Source: Blasia pusilla
Taxonomy: Eukaryota
Length of the DNA stretch: 64,000 nucleotides
Reading direction: 5' to 3'
Assembly: GCA_050084515.1 (NCBI GenBank)
Contig: CM114271.1
Coordinates: forward strand, 45,756,001-45,820,000
How positions within the stretch are numbered: the stretch's first letter is position 1; every line of letters starts with the position of its first letter. Made by a program: the position numbers and the translations under genes. Shown here piece by piece: positions 24,001 through 35,993 of the stretch. The notes beneath the pieces were generated by a model that ran no database searches, was not told where the DNA came from, and was given only the letters and a program-made list of their open reading frames with translations.

Positions 24001-26652
24001 CTTAAGTTACAAGCAGAATTTGATATGAAGAACTTGCGAGAACTCGAGTACTTCCTTGGTATTGAGTTTATCAAGGTTGGAGAGAGCATGTGGTTACTAC
24101 AACGACAATATGCTCTTCATATGCTTTCAAAATATGGTATGACGGCCTGTAAGCCAATCTCTACACCGTTACATCAGAGTGTGAAGCTAAGAGTGGATGA
24201 AAGAGAGTTGCTTGCAGATTCTAATATGTACAAGCGCATGGTTGGAAGTTTGATCTATCTAACTTTAACTAGATCAGATTTGATTTATATTGTTGGCCTA
24301 GTGAGCCAACTTATGCAAGCACCTCAAAACCTCACCTTGACGCTGTGAGGAGGATTATACGATTTGTGAAATTCTCTATTCAATTCGGGCTTCAATTTGA
24401 ACTTTCTCCGAGTTTTCAATTAGAGGGATTCACAGATGCTGATTGATTAGGAAGCGTGTCTGATCGACACTCTACATCTGGTTATACATTTACTTTGGGA
24501 AGCGCAACTATACGTTGGGCTTCAAAGAAGCAACCTATAGTTGCTTTATCTTCAACAGAGGCTGAGTACAGAAGAGCAACCAATGCAATATGTGAGGCGG
24601 TGTGGCTTCATGGATTACTTGTTAAGATTGGTGTTTGTAACTTAGGACCTAGTGTAACATATGCATACAATATTAGTAGCATCAAGCTTGCTAATAACCC
24701 AGTGTTTCATGCTCGTACAAAATATGTTGAGGTGCACTATCATTTTATTAGAGAGAAAGTGCTTGCAGGAGAAATTGATCTAGTGTATATAAATACAGAT
24801 CGGCAAATTGCTGACATCTTTACAAAGGCATTGTCTAGAGATAAGTTTGAGATGTTTAGAAATAATTTAGGCGTTAGAGATATCGATGTGAGTTTGAGGG
24901 GAAGTATTGAAGATTGAGTTACAATCAAGCTCATGAGACACCTGAATTGCTATATTTGGTACTCACACGAAGTAGGGTAGCTTAATCTTGGTTAGTCAGT
25001 TAAGCAAGATTATTTTAACTAGGATTAGTTAATCATAGTTAGTCTAGCTCGAGACTATGGTTAAGGTTAGGGTTAGGGTTGCTTGTATATACCCTATATA
25101 ATTGAGAAGGGGATCAGCCTCCATTCATTCTCTCATTGCAAATTTCGTTCTCCATGGTGGTGTGTGAGTGTGAGAACCGTTTTCCACCACTTATGCTTCT
25201 TTATCAGTGTTCCATACTTCTATGATTGGTCATTTGGAGATTTTGTATGACGCAAAAGTGCATGTTCCAACAAGGTTTCATGATTTATAGGCCAGTGGAA
25301 GAAGAGGGGAGCCAAAAAATATCGAAGAAAGAGGAAGATGAATGATGTAGGAGTAAAGGTCCAAGTCTCCTTTCAATTTTACTTGTATTACCCACGCACC
25401 CGAAGCTCTCACCGTTGGATGGACGTGAAACACAAGGGATGTAGGTTTGGCAATGTCCTCTTGCTCTTGGACGGTGTGGATCTTGGATATCATTCTCTAT
25501 ACTCAGTTAAAAATTTGGAAACCTCACTTAGGGTTTTTGATTCTTAATTCCTTCTATGGGTAGTCATTTGGATATTTTGTATGATGCGGAAGTGCATGTT
25601 CCAACAAGGTTTCATAATTTATGGATCAGCGGAAGAAGAGGGGGGCCAAAAAATGTCGAAGAAAGAGGAAAATGAATGATGTAGGAATGAGGTTCCAATT
25701 CTCCATTGAATTTTACTCATCTTATTCACGCACCTAGAGCTCCCACCGTTGGATGGAAGTGAAACACAAGGGATGTGGGGTTGGCAATGCCCTCTTGCCC
25801 TTGGATGGTGTGGATCTGGGATATCATTCTCCATATTAAGTTAAAAATTCTGAAGCCTCATTTTGGATTTTTTATTTTTAATTCCTTCTATGGGTTGTCA
25901 TTTGGAGATTTTCTTTTTCTGTTGGGAGCATGAGATGGAAGCGCATGTTCCAAAACGTTTTCATGATTTTATGGGCTAGCAAAAGAAGAGGATGGCCAAA
26001 AAATGTCAAAGAAAGAGGATGATGAATGATGTAGGAATAAGGTTCCAAGTTTCTATTGAATTTTACTCGTCTTATCCACACACTCAGAGCTCCCACAGTT
26101 GGATGGACGTGAAACACATGAGATGTGGGGTTGGCAATTCCCTCTTGCCCTTGGACAGTGTGGACCTTGGATATCATTCTCCATCCTCCGTTTAAAATTC
26201 TGAAACCTCACTTACAGTTTTTGAGTTTTAATTCCTTCCATGTGTGGTGATTTGGAGATTTTCTATCACACAGAAGTCCATGTTCCAACAAGGTTTCATG
26301 ATTTATGGGCCAGCGGAAGAAGAGGGGGGCCAAAAAATGTCATAGAAAGAGGAATATGAATGATATAGGAGTAAGATTCCAAGTCTTCTTTGAATTTTAA
26401 TCATCTTACCCACGCATCCAAAGCTCCCACCATTGGATGGACGTGAAATAGGCGGGATGTGGGTTTGGCAATGCCCTCTTACCATTGGACAGTGTGGATC
26501 TTGGATATCATTCTCCATACTCAGTTAAAAATTCTGAAACCTCATTTAGGGTTTTTGATTTTGAATTCCTTCTATGGGTGGTCATTTGGAGATTTTATTT
26601 TTTCTGTTGGGAGCGTGATGCAGAAGTGCATGTGCCGACAAGGTTTCATGGG
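18000..26652. repeat. Diverged tandem array R2, period ~330-366 bp, ~10 units, split by the copia at 19906-25216
   Basis: TCATGATTTATGGGC anchors at ~18053, 18272, 18602, 18932, 19298, 19634, 25278, 25612, 25961, 26296. Confidence 0.9.
19906..25216 (+). mobile_element. Full-length decayed Ty1/copia element; LTRs 19906-20218 and 24905-25216
   Basis: TSD CTTCT at 19901-19905 and 25217-25221; iMet-type PBS TGGTACTAGAGC 20219-20230; PPT GAGGGGAAG; gag-PR(DSSAS)-INT-RT-RH from ~20735 to 24917 with many stops. Confidence 0.95.
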
Positions 26653-28089
26653 CACGGGGAAGAAAGAATAAAGTTCGGATGTGAGATCAATATGGTGTTG
26701 GACGTTTACAAGAGTTTAGACACGGATGCATCGATGTTGATACATCGTCTACTAATGTGAGGATGACAAGGATATTTTTTGAATGACGTGGAATGTTAGG
26801 GATTTTGAAGGCTTGATATGGCATGAAAGAGGAGGATGACATGGGAACTTGATGATGTGGCCGACAAGGGGTTCGTGTTTGGCACAATTGACTAGGGGTT
26901 TGTGTTTGGCACGGGATAAGAACAACGAGCACGCAAATTGGAGTGGGCCGTTTGAGCTTGTTGTGAACCGAGAGGTCGATGTGCACGATTGAGATTCCCA
27001 AACCACTCCGAATTCAATGACCCTTCATTGAATGGCTTTTTGGCTTGGTGTCACCCGACTTGCTGTCTCCCGAGTTCACACCTTCCCATTCTGAGGTTTT
27101 TCAGACCTCTACTTTCTTTTTTTTCTCAGTCTTAACTCCTTGCCAACGCGCCCTAGCTACTTTGTCTACTGCGTACATAAGAGCACGAGTGACAAAGAGT
27201 GTGTGCCTACTTTTTAATTTCCAATTTCTGTAATGTGAACCAGATTCTTGATATACATCCTACAATGCAAGCGGAAATATTTGCAGTATTTCAAGAAGTT
27301 GGGCAATGAAAACCAAGTGCTATATCAAAATTGGAGCTTGGATGTTTGCTGAGCTGACGCTGAATTTGATTTCAAGTACTTCCTTGCAAAGTATGAACGC
27401 ACCATGTATGTACTAGTGAGTTGTATGCTCACTAGTACATACTGTGCTCCCCTGCAAGGAACAAATGTAGTCTACTACTATGTAGACTCTTGTTGATTAC
27501 ATGGACAAGATGGCTCTGGTCCCCAATAACGATAGAACGCAATCTACTACAATGTAACATTAGCAGCCTGAATCAAGGATCTACATTTTGACCTGAATGT
27601 GTTCTGATACGAAGAATCTCAGCATGTAAATATCGAATCCAAATTTATATTTGGTAGCTTTTGTATTCCTCTTGTGTATTACACTATGTAGTAATTGTCT
27701 GCCCACCTCATGAACTTGTTTGAGATATAGACAACCAAAAATTGGCTAAGGTCTTTGAAGGATGTTAATCAATTAGTCCATAAATATTTTCTTATCAATT
27801 AGGCTAGCTGGAAATCGGGCTAGTGAATCATTTAGGTAGAAATAGTTCCACTTTTGGCAGCTCAATGAGTGAAGAAGGAAAAACTTGCTTGGAAGATCTT
27901 GAATCTTACAACATTCCCTTTTTATTTCATCAAAATAAGAAGATAATGAATCTAGCAGGCACTAGCTCACCTACCATTGTCGTTTGATGTTGCAAAACCA
28001 TATGGGTCTTTTGCCATCTGGGCTATGGGCAGTACTAACACTACCAATAGCAATAGATCCAAGAGTCCTTGAGGCCCAATGTACTGCAC

Positions 28090-28400
28090 CTCCTATTGAA
28101 TAGATCTACATTGGTAGTATATGTGGATAACTTGCGCTTTTTAGGATTTGGTACTAGAGTCCAGGTTTTATTTTCGTGGAAAGACGCAATTTTAACCTCC
28201 GTAGCAGTTTGCCATTCATGAACATCTAGTCTAGAGAGGGAATTTGTTGTAGTGATAGGATCAGATTGGATACAAAAAGAAATAAGAATGTTTGAGCCAG
28301 CAACATCATAACTATGTTTAGATGTTTGTAATGACTTCTTGTGATGAAAAGAAGTGGGTAGATGTCTCATGGGTTTTTCTTTAGCAATTGCACTTCCAAG
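28090..28400 (-). mobile_element. Short copia fragment (region just before RT)
   Basis: DPITTTNSLS..EWQTATEVKIASFHENKTWTLVP. Confidence 0.6.
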
Positions 28401-28404
28401 ATCC

Positions 28405-29002
28405 AACAGAGCGCCTTTGGAGATACTAAAGGATAGCCTCAAGAGGCCGAATATGACCTGCTGAGGCCATGGATAACTTATGAGAGTTGTTTTTCCCTTT
28501 GTTTTGGCTCATTTGGAGCCATATTGAGGAAATTAATATTTCGGGTAAGTTACCATTTTTGGTTTAGTTGACTTTCCACTTTGGAAAGTGGCCCTTGACC
28601 AACTATAGTAGGTCAAGAGCCAAGGAGATGACCTGCAAGCATAGCTTAATGTGGAGAGGGCTTGGGAGAGGGAAGGGGGTATGCCTCCAAGAGAGAAGGC
28701 TTGAGATCTCATTCTCTCTTTTTTTAACCTCTTGGCATGAGGCGGCAGAGCTATGGTCCTTGCCCTGTGTGTGCAACCCGCCTCTCATTAGGAGAATGGG
28801 TTTGGTTTGACATGAGAGAGAGAGTGCATACCATGGAGAGCATGGTGTGAGACCTTGTTGTTGAGATGGAGAGATTTGATTGATTTATTGGAGATATTTC
28901 GGTACTTCTCGTCTCGTTGTGTGAATTCCATGAGTAAACATAGGATTGTGTATGTTTGATGATAGAGATGTATGCTGTGTTGCGATGTGTATGCGCACGA
29001 CA
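28405..29002 (+). repeat. 3' terminus A-X of PHD-gypsy family (left-truncated)
   Basis: Homologous to ~15365-16259 without the internal insert; X 28888-29002 ends GCGCACGACA then unrelated sequence. Confidence 0.8.
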
Positions 29003-31689
29003 ACCTTCATCTTTCATTCCTTTCCTATGATCCTATCTCTATTACCTGCTTTTGCTTGCCCTTACCCTTCTCAGTGCTTTCGATCGTACATCGCTGCCTA
29101 TTGCATCTTTCTTGTCACAAGCTCCAACAATCTTGGCCTGTGATTTACGCTGCCTTATGGGTTGCTCTGCCGGGTGTTGAGTTTTCACCACATCATCCCA
29201 TCGTACTCTTTTCAGGATTTCCAAGAGAAGGCAATGAATTGCAATTTGAGCTCATTATCCTCTAACCCTATTGTAGGCATCCCCCCCATCAATAAGGTGC
29301 ATATGCCCTGATTCGGGCTTTTGGTTGATTACTCTATACGTTACTTTGATCCATAGCCAAGTTCCCTTTGTATAGAGTTGCTATCATCTACAATGTTCAT
29401 GATCACAAGAAATTTCCATTATTTGCACTTACTGTATGCGTGTAATGTAGAACTCAAGGAAAAAGGTACTCCTTTAATCAAAAAGTATTAAGTTCGTTCT
29501 CAAGAGACCACTATTTCTTGATTAAAGAGAGGTTTTATAAGAAATATTAAGAATAACTCCTCCTTCACTAATTTTACTGACTAACTACAAGTACAACTAC
29601 ACTATCTTTATGAGTATAAAAGAATAAACAGATTTTCTTCCCCTCTTTGAAAAGACTCTTCTCAAGTGCAAACGAAGACTCTTTCAAATCTTCAATAAAA
29701 AAAGCTCCACGAAGACCTCAAAGAGACCTCATGAATGGCGGCTCACCCTTCTTTCAAAACCGAATCTGTCACGACATGTTACTCACTGTCTAATAGCTTT
29801 CCTACGCTCTTCTTGATTATCTTCTGGAATTTTGAAATCACAAGTCTCAACTCTCATTCCTACTAAAGCCCAATAAGATTTTACACCCAACTCCCCACCT
29901 CAGAAAGTATGAGAGAAGACACTTCTACTACATCAAAGAGTGGAACGAACCAAAAAGTATTGCTTCAGAAAGTAAAAGACTCTTTAGCTTGGATCATCCC
30001 CCAACAACCTATCCACACAATCCTCACAAATGATGGGAAGTTCCAGACGCAAGGGAATGATCCCTCTTCATCCAATCAGTCACGAGTATTTGGAAGATTC
30101 AGGGCACTAGACAATCTTCACCATTATTCTTATTGCGGTCTTCCTTGCGAAGTACCCACGCCTCTTTCTTTTCCAATCTTTTCCTATTCTTACACAAATT
30201 TTGACAAAAAGAGCAATTTTTGTGGAGAAGTCTTCTTTGAGTGAAGACTAAAGACTCAATACTAGAAGTAAAGATTCGTACTTTACTGAAATTGTGTGAA
30301 AATATTGACTGACAGAAATCTAATGAGAGGACAAAAGATACTAAGAGACTAAGGATTGTCTTGGAAAAGTGAGAATTGTGTAAGAATAGGAAAAGATTGG
30401 AAAAGAAAGAGGCGCCCGAACCTTATAACTTTCCCCTATTGTGTGTGATATAGCCCTCCTTGCGATTGCACCCATGCACTTGTGCTTGCTGCCAAAGCTT
30501 TGCATCTATGTCGTGCGTTGGTGTTAGAGTAACGATATTCGCTTAAGCTATGTTTCATAGTAACATGTTTATTTATATGCAGCAATATTATAGATAAGCA
30601 TAGTTCGTTTCCTTTATTTGCAATAGTGTTGTAGGTGAGCTCTGTGTGTGTGCCCCATGGATAAATTTTTTTGTAAACAACTTGATTTCCTGTTCCATTG
30701 AAGTCCATATTCACAAATATATCCAAGAATTTTCAACCATATTTTTGTGGTTCCTCTACTAATTCCGATAGAAGGTACTATTATTTTTTTGTACTCTATA
30801 TAAGGGAGAATTACTACAACTATACAAACCATATATTATTTTTTCATTGCAACCTATTATTTTCAAGATGTGTGATGCAACACCAATCTACACAAGGAGC
30901 CCGCATAGTGTTATCAATAGACAATGAACAGTCAATAAAAAACCAGTAGGGAGAGTATTCTCTTGGCACTCGATAGCAAGACATACTAATAACACGCAAT
31001 GCTTCTTACATCCACCCTTGTCAATTATCTAGTTTCAGTGATCTATGTGCAAACATATTACTGTAGCTAGTGATTCACTGAGGTTACATGTTCCTCATTA
31101 AAACTGAATATAAATCCACAGTGCATATTGTTTACTAGTGCAATAAATTTAGTTGTCTCTTACATTGGCTGTAGTTTGTAGCCTTCTTGCGTGAAACCTA
31201 GCCAGTGTTCCACAACTCAATACATGTAAGACACATAAAGTGCAAATCTTCTTCGCTAAACCTCTGACAAAACTCAGTGGGTTGCTTGCTTACACTTACT
31301 ATAAAACACATGTGTAAAAAAGTACACTTCTTACGCCTATGGTTTCACTCATGCAGCATTGAGCTAGGTTCTAATCATACTATGCAGTGTGATCTAAGCT
31401 ACGCCGAGTTCTTTCCATTGGCTCCAGTTCATTCTTTGCAACTTAGTTTGCACAAGCATATATCAAAGTCCTCATCATGGCTAGATCCCGGAGGGTAATG
31501 AGACTCAGATGTCGTCTTCTCCTCAACAATGTGAGGCTGAATCTATGTAGAGACTATGCGAGAACAAGAATCTACACATTAAATAGGGTACACACATTGC
31601 CTGTTTATGTCGCTTGGCTTGAAATGGAGCTATTGCTCAAGGGTTGGCAACCCTAGTGTTCTTCATTTATTAGGGATATGAAGTGTTGT

Positions 31690-33460
31690 GGATACTGTTG
31701 GGGAGGGGGGAGATGTATTCTACAACACGAGTCAATTGAGAATGGCCATTGAGACATCACAAACATATCCAAAATGTGCCTTATGTAATGGTTACATGAG
31801 CGACTATATTATACCCTATGTTGGTAGATTTTATGTGTGCAAACAGTGTACAGGAATCAACCTGAATACTGCACACAATGTGTACATGACGCCAACGTAT
31901 ATTCGGGATGTGCTCAATGTTAACCCTTTGTACCTAAAATTTTTATCTCTTGTCGACTCAAGACTTGCCATTGAAACCTAGTATAATGGCTTTCATGATG
32001 GTTTTTTCTAGGTTGAGTCCCTACTAGATTGCCCACTTGTTGCTTGGGGCTTTGAGATTCAAAAGTGACAAACTTAAATGTCTTTGATCGCAAGCTCAGG
32101 GATATTCTATTGGTAAAATTACGAATCAATGAGCTATATTTTAAAAGATGTGTCGCTTATTGAGCTACCTAATCCATCCTACGGACTTTTAATCCTACCA
32201 TCTTCATCTATTGAAACTATGTTGAGAGCATCTCAGACAAGGGCTAGATGTCACATAGTATGACTTTCAACCGTTATAGCGCAGAGCTCAATGTGTTGCA
32301 AGATATACACTACTCACTTTGCCCATTAAGAGAAGACATGCATATGACATATTTCATATTGGGAGCGTGTTTCTTAGAGACAATACACATGTTCGTGAAC
32401 ATCTCCTTAGTGACAGACACGGTATATCAGAAGACATGAAGTTAACTATTGAGACTGGGATTTCCCCATATGTTCTTGTTCTCCTACATTAGGCATTTAA
32501 CTGGTCAATACATCTTTGTTGATTAACTTTGAAGCCGAGTGAGACAACTATTTAGTGTGTTTACACTTTACAAACCATACTTGCTTATTATGCATCAGTT
32601 GCGACAATCTATCACACTAGCTTCTCGAACTCGCTCATGCATCTGAAGCAGAGAACTTGATTAACTAAAACTGAAACATCTGGACCTTATGAACCACGAT
32701 TGTATTCCTATTTATCCAGATATAGTGTGATTGCACAGATCCCAAGAACCCCCAACTGGCATCGCCGACAGCTTAGAGACCTTAAGACCATGATGCAAGC
32801 CTAGGGCATGTCCGATTTCTTTTTGACCCTTATCTCCAATAAGGTGTCTGATAGAAGGTGGTTTGGGATATTTGATATTGAGGCGGAAGTGAAGAAAATT
32901 AACCCACCTTTTACATGGCAGGATGCATGTGTTGAGTGTGATGTACTTCTTCATACTAGATTGAAGGCTTTCCTTTATAACTATTTCCTAGACCATGTAT
33001 ACTAGGAAGTGTGCAGAATTACCTTTTCAAATATGAGCTCCAAGTTCGGGGTAGCTTGCACTCACACACTATATTATATGTAACCAAGGAAGACTTTCAA
33101 CCGAGTCACAAGTGATATATGTTGCTACATTCCGTTAGTTGAATGGTGCAAGCTTGCGTAGACCTCCTATTCTAGTATGACTTCTATGTTGCAACATTAC
33201 ATGACTACAAAGCAACTACATACATATAAGCCAAGTAGCTGTATCACCAAGGCAAACAAGGATCATCTGCCATATTGCCGTACGGATTTCTTGGCTCCTA
33301 ATAACATGCAAGTAGAACCTGCCATAGATCCAAAGACTCTGAAATGGAACTATTAGAGACCTGGTGAACAACATAGGAACATTAGACCATATCATCCTAC
33401 TATCTTGCTCTTGTGGGGTGCCCATATGAATTTACAACGTGTTATGTGCAATGGTCTTTT
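31690..33460 (+). mobile_element. Helitron-superfamily Rep (HUH endonuclease) remnant
   Basis: GMSDFFLTL (motif 1, ~32805); YELQVRGSLHSHTILY (HUH, ~33032-33079); PYHPTILLLWGAHMNLQRV (~33387-33443); no helicase seen. Confidence 0.8.
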
Positions 33461-33487
33461 AATCTATTACTATGGAACCAATGTCCG

Positions 33488-34035
33488 AGGAGAACTGGGG
33501 TTACGTGTTGAGCTGGCCGAAAGAATTTGAGAATTTCCGATTCAGTTTGTCACTTACCGGCCAAAAACCGAGGGTTCTAGGAGGGTGTTCTCTATATTCG
33601 TATTTGTTTAGCCGGCTCAATTGACGAAATCTTCAAAAATTGCCGCTCGGTTTTGTAGAGACCGGAAATGTACCGGTTGTCACGAAAAAACTCCCCGGAC
33701 CCTATATGGAACTTCTAAATTTGGGTGTAAGCAATAAATACTCTTGCAATCCCTCCATAACTTCGAAGCCCTAAAGGCCGATTTGTACCCGGACAACTCT
33801 TGGCTTAGTGAGGGGCCAATGCAATGATCGGGGAGATTCGCGGTTACGAGTAAAGTTAGCCGATAAAATTCGAGAATTACCGACTGCTTTTAAGACTGCC
33901 TACGAAAAACCGGCTGGATTCGAACATGTCCTTTGTATTTTGTATCTGAAAACCAGTTCAAAAACCGGGATTACTGTTTCGGACTGGAAATTCCCGGCAA
34001 TGTACCGGGTCCCACGAAAAAACTCCCCGAACCTG
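33488..34035. repeat. Diverged direct duplication, period ~343 bp
   Basis: GGTTACG..GCCGA.A.AATT.GAGAATT.CCGA at ~33499 and ~33842; ATGTACCGG..CACGAAAAAACTCCCCG at ~33668 and ~34000. Confidence 0.7.
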
Positions 34036-35993
34036 GGCCAATGTGATCAACAGATCTCCCTCCTCGAGAAGATCTTTAATGTCAAATAATAAGGAAAAAT
34101 TTCAAAATCGTTCCAAAAGCCGTTAGAAGCGAAGTCGGCGGATGTCAAGAAACCCTTTCGCGACGGATCTCATCATCCAACGGCTGTCAAAAGCGTGCGA
34201 CAGACGGCTAGTAACACATGTCCACACTTGCTCGAAAGTCCACGTGTCATAACATGCGCTGTTTGCACCGGGAGACAACACTCTCGCATAATAATATAGA
34301 TTTGCTATCGCAGCCATGGTATCTACTATGTACAGCAGCATGTCTCCTACCCTTAAAAACATCGGTCGCTGCTCCCCATTATGCCGGGGCTGCATTCTTG
34401 TCCCCCATTATGGCATGGATAGGAAAGTAGACCTATCTCATGGGACACATGGGTCGTCCTGACAAAGCCATAAAGATTCAGATCGATCTTGATCGACGGA
34501 CGGCCCGATTCCATCCGCTGAGATGAGTCGCCATTTTTTCACGGCATCGCAAATTTTCTTGCGCTGGTGTTTTTGTGTTGGTCAGGGCAGCGTCCTAGGG
34601 TTTAGGGCCTGGGGCACGGACAGAAGCAGAAACGAAGCAGGCAGTTTTATAGAAGAACACCGGGAGGTATTTGACCTTTAAAATTTCCCGGCCGGCTGCC
34701 TCTCCGTTCACGTCGAGGATCAGGTGACAGGTGGAGCCATTGGGAGGTGGACTCTGCAGTAGACACCAACTGGACAGTAGTCATCAAGACCTCAATAAAT
34801 ATGCACAAAGTATCATCGGTTGCGCGGGTGAAAAAAAGGTTAATTAATCGTACTTTGGGCTTGCACACGGGAAGGCTTAAAAAACCTACGTGTCGAGGAG
34901 GGGTTCCCCATATCTGTCCTCCCATGAAAACCCATCCGAAAAAAAAAGGGAAGTAAAGTTACTTGTGATCCCAGCGAGATACGAAATCGCGCTCACGATC
35001 GGAGCTGTTATTTTCCAGTAACATCTGAGCATTTGACTAGTAGCTCACTTTTGGAAGATAGGAGTCGATTAGATTTTGCGCGTGTGAGGAGAAGTTAGAA
35101 AACAGGTTGCCATGTGGTCTGGGTACAACAACAGCTTGTCAATTCCAGATTCATAGGAGAGCACAGCGGTATGTTGAGCTCAATCCACTCCGAGTTGTAT
35201 GCTCAACGCATTTCAAGAATTTTCTCTTGGACCATCCCTGTCGCTCCCTAAGCCTGTGTATTCCAATTGGTATTTCTATTCACGTCAATGTCACACATAC
35301 TTAAGGGTGACTCATGGCAGTAAGGAAATGTCCTAGCAAATCCGGCGTTACGATTTCAGGCGTGGAATCTTGTTAAGTCAAAGGCAGTTTTGTTTCCCCT
35401 TGGGACCAGGCGAACCAGTGATTTTGTTTGGCACCTCTCTCGTATCTCTGGCAATCGTAGAAGAAGTGTTTTCTCACTTTTATAGGACTTCTTGTTGGGA
35501 GTTCCATTCCGATGTTCACTGCCGAATCAGTGCAGCGCTAACTTGTGCACAACTGGAAAGATGAGCAGCTTCATTTCTGAGCTTTGTGCAACGCTCACGG
35601 GCCGACGACATGAAGAATTGATCGTGAATGTACTCAACCGAGTGAAGCTTGCAAGGGAGTTGAGACAAGTTTCGGCATTGAGAGTAAATTCGAGCTGAGA
35701 TTTCTCAATGACGCGGGCGTGACGGAGAAATATTGCGCATTAAGTAGTATGTGTCGTAGGCTCCTTGCTCCGGTTGGACGGCGCTGCAAACTGGGATGAG
35801 TGAAGAGGAAGCCAATATCAGATGAGAGGAGGTTGTAGTGGAGGGAGAGGAATATTGATTCGATTTGATTTCCTCATGTGCAGAAATTGTTCGATAGACG
35901 CTCATGGGAGATACAATTTGATATAGAAGCAGAAAATCCGGAGAACACAAGGTGATCATTAACGACGCCGCCTTATTTGCACGGCTGCACACA

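Noticed and set aside
16450-26652. CRISPR-like array
   Set aside because: Units are ~340 bp and homologous along their whole length; no unique spacers, no cas genes, eukaryotic context
18279-26760. Recurrent 60-150 aa ORFs in the array (MNDVGVKVQVSF.., MENDIQ..)
   Set aside because: By-products of the repeat unit; frames and stops vary between units
30411-30422. GGCGCCCGAACC as a tRNA-Lys PBS
   Set aside because: Lacks the TGG start and no LTR CA end lies just upstream
34595-34612. Interstitial telomere
   Set aside because: Only one or two degenerate TTTAGGG units
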